Positions 1-5,204 of a stretch of DNA of 5,204 nucleotides are shown here, in pieces. The translations under genes and the position numbers were made by a program. How positions within the stretch are numbered: position 1 is the stretch's first letter; each line of letters starts with the position of its first letter. Source of the DNA: Amoebophrya sp. A120 (Eukaryota > Protista > Dinoflagellata); contig CAJINV010000123.1 in the NCBI GenBank assembly GCA_905178155.1, forward strand, positions 1-5,204, written 5' to 3'. The notes below the pieces were generated by a model, which did not search any database, was not told the origin of the DNA, and saw only the letters and a program-made list of their open reading frames with translations.

Positions 1-71
1 GATTTGTGGTCACAAATCAGCATCACAAATTTCCGTTTTGATATGGGGAGGGGGGATTTTTCATTTTGATA
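1..71. mobile_element. Right-hand TIR arm of the same element family, truncated by the window start
   Basis: Reverse complement reads TATCAAAATGAAAAATCCCCCCTCCCCATATCAAAACGGAAATTTGTGATGCTGATTTGTGACCACAAATC, collinear with both ends of 4740-5060. Confidence 0.85.
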
Positions 72-924
72 TCCGACCCACGGTGGAGGAAATCGCCGTT
101 AACCGACCCTGGATATGCATTGCAAAAGCCTCGCACGAGTACAAATTGCATGACAAATTTCGTATAAAAGGAAAACAGGAATTTGTCATGCGGGTTTAGG
201 CAACCACGCAGATCTGTCATGGCAGACAGCAATGTGTACGGGTACAATGCTTTTGCAGATGGTACTGGATTTGCTTGAACAGTTCCGGGTTCTGGCGCAC
301 CTCGCGCAGGTCGAGCAATTTGAGAAACACATCGGATTTTGGCTGTGGTTTGTCATGGTCCCCTTCACGTTCAATTTGCCTTCGCGGGCCGCTGATGGCA
401 CTGCGGATGTCCTGCTCGAGAACAAGCAGCGTGCCAGATTGGTCGAACAAAAGCTGCTCGGGGACGGGCACTTCGAAGTAGTTCTGGATGTTCGTCTTCA
501 GAATCGAGATAAAATCCCGGTGGTACACCGCCTCCGTGGTTTCCAGGTCGAACCAGTTGTAGCAGTTGCCTGTCGAGATTTAACATTTGTTGGACGGTTC
601 GGTCTAGGTCGAACAAAGAAAACGTTCTGCCATCAGAGGTGCATGAGCAAAAAAGGAGATGATGTTTAGGTCTGTGATAAGCTCGAACTCCTTTGGTCGT
701 GAAAAGATGTAGTTTTGTATTTTCCATTACACTATACCTTGGTATTCCAGCTTCAAAATCCGGCCACCCGCCGCCTGCCCCACGTTCTGGTCCGTGGCCC
801 GGTTAGTGTCAGTGGTGGGACCCATTTTCCGGTCCGCGGGGTTGTACGCGCTTCCGGACGCAGTCGAAGGGCCTGACCGAGACCCCGGATCGGGGGGCGC
901 GGAATTCGTGCTAGTAGTCGGCAT
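72..924 (-). CDS. 5' half of a spliced gene with a probable degenerate kinase N-lobe (about 182 aa), 3'-partial, running into a TIR arm at 71
   Basis: ATG at 924 with A at -3. Exon 924-738 is a low-complexity S/T/G/P-rich N-terminus (MPTTSTNSAPPDPG...KLEYQ). Intron 737-570 (GTATAG..GACAG, phase 1) removes three in-frame stops. Exon 569-246 (or 240) has GC3-rich codons: GNCYNWFDLETTEAVYHRDFISILKTNIQNYFEV...KSDVFLKLLDLREVRQNPELFKQIQYHLQKH. Intron 245 (or 239)-109 (GTACCC or GTACAC..TCCAG, phase 1). Exon 108-72 (SVNGDFLHRGS). VFLKLLD followed by a helical stretch resembles kinase beta3 VAIK plus alphaC, but there is no GxGxxG. The third exon and the kinase call are less certain than the first two exons. 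Confidence 0.55.
109..245 (-). other. Predicted spliceosomal intron (137 nt, or 131 nt with the donor at 239; phase 1)
   Basis: T|GTACCC or C|GTACAC ... TATCCAG|GG. It contains the 12-bp inverted repeat GCATGACAAATT (148-159) / AATTTGTCATGC (180-191). Confidence 0.45.
570..737 (-). other. Predicted spliceosomal intron (168 nt, phase 1)
   Basis: CAAG|GTATAGTG...CTCGACAG|GC. It contains in-frame TAA, TAG and TAA and is AT-richer than the flanking exons. Confidence 0.65.
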
Positions 925-1499
925 GATGATTATTTTGCGGCATCTCTTTCCCGACGCTCTGCCGAAGTGATCCCCGTGCCACCCCCATGGCCCAACTGTC
1001 GCTCAAGAGAATTGCGCGACGCTTTTGTGTTCTGCGTGTTCATTTCTCAAAGGTACTCCCTCTGCGCGTGCGTGGCATCTCCTCGAGGCGCTCTTCCTTC
1101 GCTGTGCGCTGCGCAAAACACAGACACCTCGCTCGGGGAAAGAATTGACAGAGAAAACGACAAGGCTCTCCCTGCGAAGACTCAGAACAGACAGCGGCGC
1201 GCACCCGCCCCGTGGAGGTCTGGTGACTCCGAGGGTCATTACATCTCGCTGCGCAGTGCAAGCGCATAGACCTGAATGCGACTTTGGCTGGCTGGCTGCT
1301 CGAGTTGCCAGCGGCTGGAGGGTTTGCACACATTCATGCAACACACAAGCGGCTTCGGCTACACAGGAAACAAACATGGAAGCTAAGGAGCGCGACGCCT
1401 GCCCCACTGACTGTCTGGCTCTGACTGGCTGGCGGCACTTGCCTTCCAAAGGCAACGCGCCTTCTCCTTCTGTGCCACGCATTAATGGGCACATCCCCA

Positions 1500-2330
1500 C
1501 GTCGCAGGCATGGCACGTGACGCCGCCCCGGCCGCCAGCCCGCGCGCCCTGGCCGGGCCTGCCGCAAGCTATGGCCCAAAGCGCGCCACAGGCTGCGGGG
1601 GCTTGGTCGCCAATGATTCAACGCTGCATGTGCGCGGGCTCGCGGGGGCGCGGGCGCAGGCGAACCAACGGCGGCGCGCGACACCGACACGCCGGCCCAA
1701 CGAACAAAGAGCCACGCCGGCAGCTTGTCGGGCGCGGGCCCTCCGTCCGCGCGCGTGCGCGGGGCGGGCCAACTTGAGATAGAGGCGGGCCCCCGCCGGC
1801 CCGCCCGGCCCAACCAATTGGCAAAGAAAACAAAACCAACAAAACCAACGCGCCGGCCGCCCAAGTAGAATCTCCTTGACGGCGTCAGCGAGTTGCGCCG
1901 TTGCGTTCGCCCACGCGCGCCGGCGCGACCCTACCCCGAGGGGCGGCCCGGGATTCCGGGTCCGTTGTTGGCGACCTGATACCCGGGCGCCGCTGGCCCC
2001 CCATGCCCCGGCAATGCCGGCGGCTACTTGGGGCCGGCGAACGGGGCCGCGGCACGCAATCAAACAAAGGGGCAACACGCGGCCCCAGGCCCCCGCCGCC
2101 TGCTGTTTCTCCTACAGCATTCCGCTGCCGGCCGGCGCGCGGCGTTTCCTTCGCTTCGCCAAGGCGGCTCGTGGGTAGCTGGGCGAACACTATGGCCCCG
2201 GCCAAGGACGAGCAGGGCACCGCCTCGCCCCCCCTTCCGTGCGGCCGGGAACCGCCTGCCGGCACATGCGCAGCCGCCCCGCCACCTTCCAGCCCAAAAG
2301 GACTGAGGGCGGGGCTGCCTGCTCGGCAGG
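1500..2330. promoter_or_regulatory. Very GC/CpG-rich island, candidate promoter or origin region upstream of the 924 ATG
   Basis: Sharp compositional boundaries. Contains CACGTG (1514-1519), CCAAT (1610-1614, 1814-1818), GGGGCGGG (1761-1768), TGACG-G-CGTCA (1877-1887) and an A/C tract at 1823-1849. Function is inferred from composition and position only. Confidence 0.4.
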
Positions 2331-3350
2331 TTAAGCTGGCCCCAAATTTTCGAGCGAAAGAGCTTCTTCTCGGTGGGGATTTCAAAAACGCTGCGACGCA
2401 ACGGACCTGTCGCCGAACATCCTTAGAACACGGGGAGCTGTTTCCAATACTCATGTAGCTCCGTCTATATGAAGACTTTTGGAACTACGCAACTTGTCCA
2501 AAAATTTGCCAAATTGTTTTCGCGTTTTGCTAGGTTCGGAAATGAACGCTACCGGTATTGTACAACATTTTCTGGCGAGCATTTGCACATTGGCTTCGCA
2601 TTCCGCTATCTATCGCGAAAGTGCGGACCTCTGGTGTCTTGCGTTGATCAATTTCAATAACTATTGGATTGCGATGCGGCATCGCGTCTTCGTCAATATC
2701 ATACCTTCGTCAGATTTTCATCTCAGGTGGTTCGCTAATTGCGCCCATAAACTACACAAACGGAAACCAGATGAAACATAGCACATAGATGTAATATAAT
2801 TGAATGTCCTCAGAAGAATAATGAACATGAAAATTCCAATGCTGTTCTTTGATCATGAATATGGAAAGTTTTTCTATATACAGGAAATCGTAGTCCTCGT
2901 ACTGAGTTCCGAGCGACAAGTCAACACGATGACACAACAATTTCCACCCGAATGGCGGTTGCGCTCTGATGAATGCGCGTCGATATCAAAAGAGTAAAAG
3001 AGAATAAGCCGCACTCTCGCGGATCTGTAGGTAGTAGGTAGACTGTAAAAATGAAGAGGAAGTCAGCTTTTCTATATGGTACATGGATATCTGACGTTTT
3101 TGCGGAACAACAATTTGTAGATAGAAACGAAACGAAGTTTCGCGAATTCTTTCTGAAAAATGCAGCTGTAGTGGTGAAGAATCGTACAAGAAATTATGCA
3201 GTTGGTGAAAGCAAGTGCGTTCGGAATTTCCGACATCTAGCCCATGAAGATTGATGAAGGTCTAGAGCAGCCCTAAGTCAAAGTGTATTTTTATCTTTCT
3301 TTTCCACTTCTTCCCGTCGTCAAGTTCTCCTTTGCTAACTCCACCTCCCC

Positions 3351-4415
3351 TCACGCCTGACGAAAGCGTGCGTTGAAGATCTGGTCAAACAAGTCTTCGA
3401 TTGTAGTAACCTCACTCCCAATAACCACGCTGTCAACATCCGCGTCACCGCTAACCAACCTCTGCTGATTCTCGATGCCCTGGCGAACAATGCCGACCTC
3501 GTTCACCAAAAAATCCAAACTTCCGAACCAAGAGCACGCACCACTGTTTGTAGAGGATGTTCCTGCCGGAGAAGATGTTGAACTGGAGGTCATTACACCC
3601 GACACGGCTACCTGGTTCATCTGCACTGCTTTCAGCAAATATTCGGTAGCAAAAGCAATCGGAATCTCGTTTGTGGAGGTGTAGTCCTGGTTGGCTTGCC
3701 TGGTGTAGTGCTGGAAGATTTTCCACAGCTCTTGCAGCGCGTTTTCCACCCCGATGCGGAGGAGCTCGGTCAGGAACCTGGAATGTTCAGGTTGTCATGC
3801 AGAGTTTCATTAGTTTCATGTCAATAGATGTTGAGAAACTTCCATTTTTTGTCATGCAACAGGCAACAGAAAATAAAACCACAACTCAATACGGTGTGTA
3901 TGCCACCAAGTCTCCGTTTGCCCGGCCGCCGTAATACTCCAAGCAGACCTTTTATCCAAGGAAAGAAGTGTTACAGTTACACATTTGTAATGTAATTCCA
4001 GCATCACAAAGTTGCTCTGCATAGCAAAGAAAACTTGTAATGCGCAGACTACAAGGGAAAACACGCGTACAATGAGGCCGGCAAGCATTTCCTGCATGAC
4101 AGAGGTTGCTCGTCTTGCTGGACATGCATCAGAGTGTGTAACTGCAACATTTTTTTCTCAGGATACCCTTTCCGCCTTCAACGCCAAAACCGAATCGAAG
4201 TGCAGCAAGTTGCTCAACACGTAGCCAATCACGTCCACCGAAACCCGCCCCTTATTCTCCTCGTCGTGTTGCTTGAAAAAGCTGTCTGCTTGCAGCAGTT
4301 GGGGCCCAATCTTCGGGTTGGAAGCGTGGAGAAAAAGCTCGAACAGGCAGTTTTGGTAGCTGGATTTCTGCTTGTGACTCTTCACCAGCTTGGTGATCAC
4401 GTCTCTCGGGACCTG

Positions 4416-4464
<49 letters not shown>

Positions 4465-5130
4465 TGAGGGAGGTATTGAGGGCTTCTGCTGCGATCATGC
4501 ACCATGACAAGAAGCTTCAACACCTGTCAGTGATCGAATGCAACAAGAAATCAATTTTTTTTCTTTTGTTTCGAAAAAGAGATGTTGAAGCCGCTTTAAG
4601 TCGCTTTGAATAAAATCACCTGGTTCACTATACCGTTGTTCCCTTTTCCGCATTCGTCGCAGAGCTCAACCAGGGATGCGACCGGATTTCTTCCCAAGAC
4701 GGCGAGCCAAAGGCTAACAGCGCGTAGAAATCGAACGCGTATCATAAGGAAAAATCCCCCCTCCCCATACTGCAAAGGTATACTTTTTGAAATTTGTGAC
4801 GCTGATTTGTGGCCACAAATCGCGTCTGTCTTGCAAGAAGGCAACTCCGCAGGCTCCGCCGCATTGTGCAGGCGGTTTGTCCTGCTGTTGGACCTACAGC
4901 GCGGATATTTTTCATGCTAAGGGCCTAGGCCAAAACCTCTCTACTCACACTTAGTATGGGCCTGCAATGCTCTCCAGCAAGACAGCTCGGATTTGTGTAC
5001 ACAAATCCAGCATCAGAAATTTCGTTTCGATATGGGGAGGGGGGATTTTTCTTTTCGATAACGCGTGTGGCGAATACATGGACCAAGCCCACGTTGATGT
5101 AGTTCCTTGCCCACCGTCCGGATGATGGTC
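3351..5130 (-). CDS. 3' half of a spliced, divergent CDPK/CRK-like protein (kinase C-lobe end, junction, degenerate EF-hand domain), about 299 aa, 5'-partial, interrupted by the TIR element at 4740-5060
   Basis: Segments 5130-5061 and 4734-4634 join in frame after element removal: DHHPDGGQGTTSTWAWSMYSPHAFDFYALLAFGSPSWEEIRSHPWLSSATNAEKGTT. Intron 4633-4413 (GTATAG..CAACAG, phase 0). Exon 4412-4167 (VPRDVITKLVKSHKQK...FFKQHDEENKGRVSVDVIGYVL...KAER). Intron 4166-3949 (GTATCC..AAAAG, phase 0). Exon 3948-3893 (VCLEYYGGRANGDLVAYT+CC). Intron 3892-3778 (GTATTG..TTCCAG, phase 2). Exon 3777-3351 (G completing Pro, then FLTELLRIGVENALQELWKIFQHY...FRQA, TGA). All phases match. W..S..A.DF..LL...PS.EE...HPWL resembles kinase subdomains X-XI, followed by a CDPK-type junction and EF-hand-like helix-loop-helix units. 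Family assignment is by eye. Confidence 0.7.
3778..3892 (-). other. Predicted spliceosomal intron (115 nt, phase 2)
   Basis: ACACC|GTATTG...CATTCCAG|G gives ...VAYT-P-FLTELL, matching the exit of a second EF-hand (V.Y.EFL-like). Confidence 0.65.
3949..4166 (-). other. Predicted spliceosomal intron (218 nt, phase 0)
   Basis: AGG|GTATCC...CTTCTTTCCTTGGATAAAAG|GTC. An in-frame TGA follows 6 nt after the donor. Confidence 0.6.
4413..4633 (-). other. Predicted spliceosomal intron (221 nt, phase 0) containing (CA)22
   Basis: ACG|GTATAGTG has the same first 8 nt as intron 737-570, and it ends CAACAG|GTC. It joins HPWL...GTT to VPRDVITKL with CDPK-like spacing. Confidence 0.65.
4417..4460 (+). repeat. 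(TG)22 microsatellite, read as (CA)22 on the sense strand directly before an intron acceptor
   Basis: Perfect dinucleotide run. On the minus strand it reads ...CACACA-A-CAG|GTCCCG. It explains the HTHTHT and CVCVCV runs in the ORF track. Confidence 0.97.
4740..5060. mobile_element. Complete 321-bp non-autonomous TIR element (MITE-like or introner-like) inserted in coding sequence
   Basis: Left end TATCATAAGGAAAAATCCCCCCTCCCCATA versus reverse complement of the right end TATCGAAAAGAAAAATCCCCCCTCCCCATA (27/30). Inverted similarity continues through the GATTTGTGNNCACAAATC palindromes (4804-4821, 4990-5007) to CTGTCTTGC (4826-4834) / GCAAGACAG (4977-4985). Flanking direct repeat ACGCG at 4735-4739 and 5061-5065, extendable to AACGCGT (4734-4740, 5060-5066) by overlapping the termini. 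No transposase is encoded. Confidence 0.85.
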
Positions 5131-5204
5131 TATTACAATGAAAAATGGCCCCTCTCCATATCAAAACGGAAATCTGTGATGCAGATTTGTGGTCACAAAT
5201 CAGC
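5131..5204. mobile_element. Left-hand TIR arm of the same element family, truncated by the window end
   Basis: TATTACAATGAAAAATGGCCCCTCTCCATATCAAAACGGAAATCTGTGATGCAGATTTGTGGTCACAAATCAGC, a slightly diverged copy of the same arm. Confidence 0.8.
5184..5204 (+). repeat. 21-nt terminal direct repeat identical to positions 1-21
   Basis: GATTTGTGGTCACAAATCAGC occurs at 1-21 and 5184-5204. This is typical of an assembly k-mer overlap (circle, tandem unit or repeat-induced break). Confidence 0.95.

Noticed and set aside
1-71. Protelomerase target or hairpin telomere, or CRESS-virus origin, at the joined palindrome
   Set aside because: No resolvase, Rep or capsid ORF and no nonanucleotide loop. The same arms form an internal element with flanking direct repeats.
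232-669. Plus-strand ORF 232-669 (likewise 3475-3684 and 4134-4613)
   Set aside because: Antisense shadows of GC3-rich minus-strand exons.
217-924. One continuous 235-aa ORF if TAA/TAG are read as Gln (translation table 6)
   Set aside because: All three stops cluster in a 168-nt GT-AG segment whose donor (GTATAGTG) recurs at 4633. No predicted exon uses TAA or TAG internally, and the other half needs introns anyway because of in-frame TGAs.
967-2458. Many overlapping 76-250 aa ORFs rich in Arg, Pro, Gly and Ala
   Set aside because: Expected from stop-codon scarcity in very GC-rich DNA. They are open in several frames on both strands with no domain signal.
2671-3142. Small hairpins GCGATGC-G-GCATCGC (2671-2685) and CGAAAC-GAA-GTTTCG (3128-3142)
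   Set aside because: Short single occurrences compatible with chance, with no associated feature.
4596-5164. Listed ORFs 4596-4844 and 4925-5164, which also fuse in frame after element removal (...VFATRVRFLRAVSLW...)
   Set aside because: The alternative frame gives a recognisable kinase-end motif (SPHAFDF...PSWEEIRSHPWL), a GTATAG donor and CDPK-like spacing. This frame gives no recognisable motif, though it is not strictly excluded.
4740-5204. CRISPR array or bacterial REP cluster
   Set aside because: The repeats are inverted, long and irregularly spaced, in an intron-containing eukaryotic context with no cas or tnpA gene.

Overview
Eukaryotic-type DNA that the six-frame ORF track describes poorly. 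The minus strand carries GT-AG spliced exons of a highly divergent CDPK/CRK-like protein (kinase-like region, junction, degenerate calmodulin-like EF-hand domain) in permuted order. The 3' half runs 5130->3351 and a 5' half runs 924->72, separated by about 2.4 kb of intergenic DNA that contains a GC-rich promoter-like island. The main signal is a family of palindromic terminal-inverted-repeat elements (consensus end TATC-N5-GAAAAATCCCCCCTCCCCATA...GATTTGTGNNCACAAATC). One complete 321-bp copy (4740-5060), flanked by a direct repeat, interrupts the kinase C-lobe coding sequence. Removing it precisely (326 nt) restores the frame (...WSMYSPHA/FDFYALLAFGSPSWEEIRSHPWL...), yet it has no GT-AG boundaries. 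Two further arms (1-71, 5131-5204) also abut coding sequence, and the window's 21-nt terminal repeat lies inside them. This pattern fits introner-like non-canonical introns, DNA-excised elements, or repeated MITE hits on a dying gene. Protein family calls are by-eye motif comparisons, not database results.
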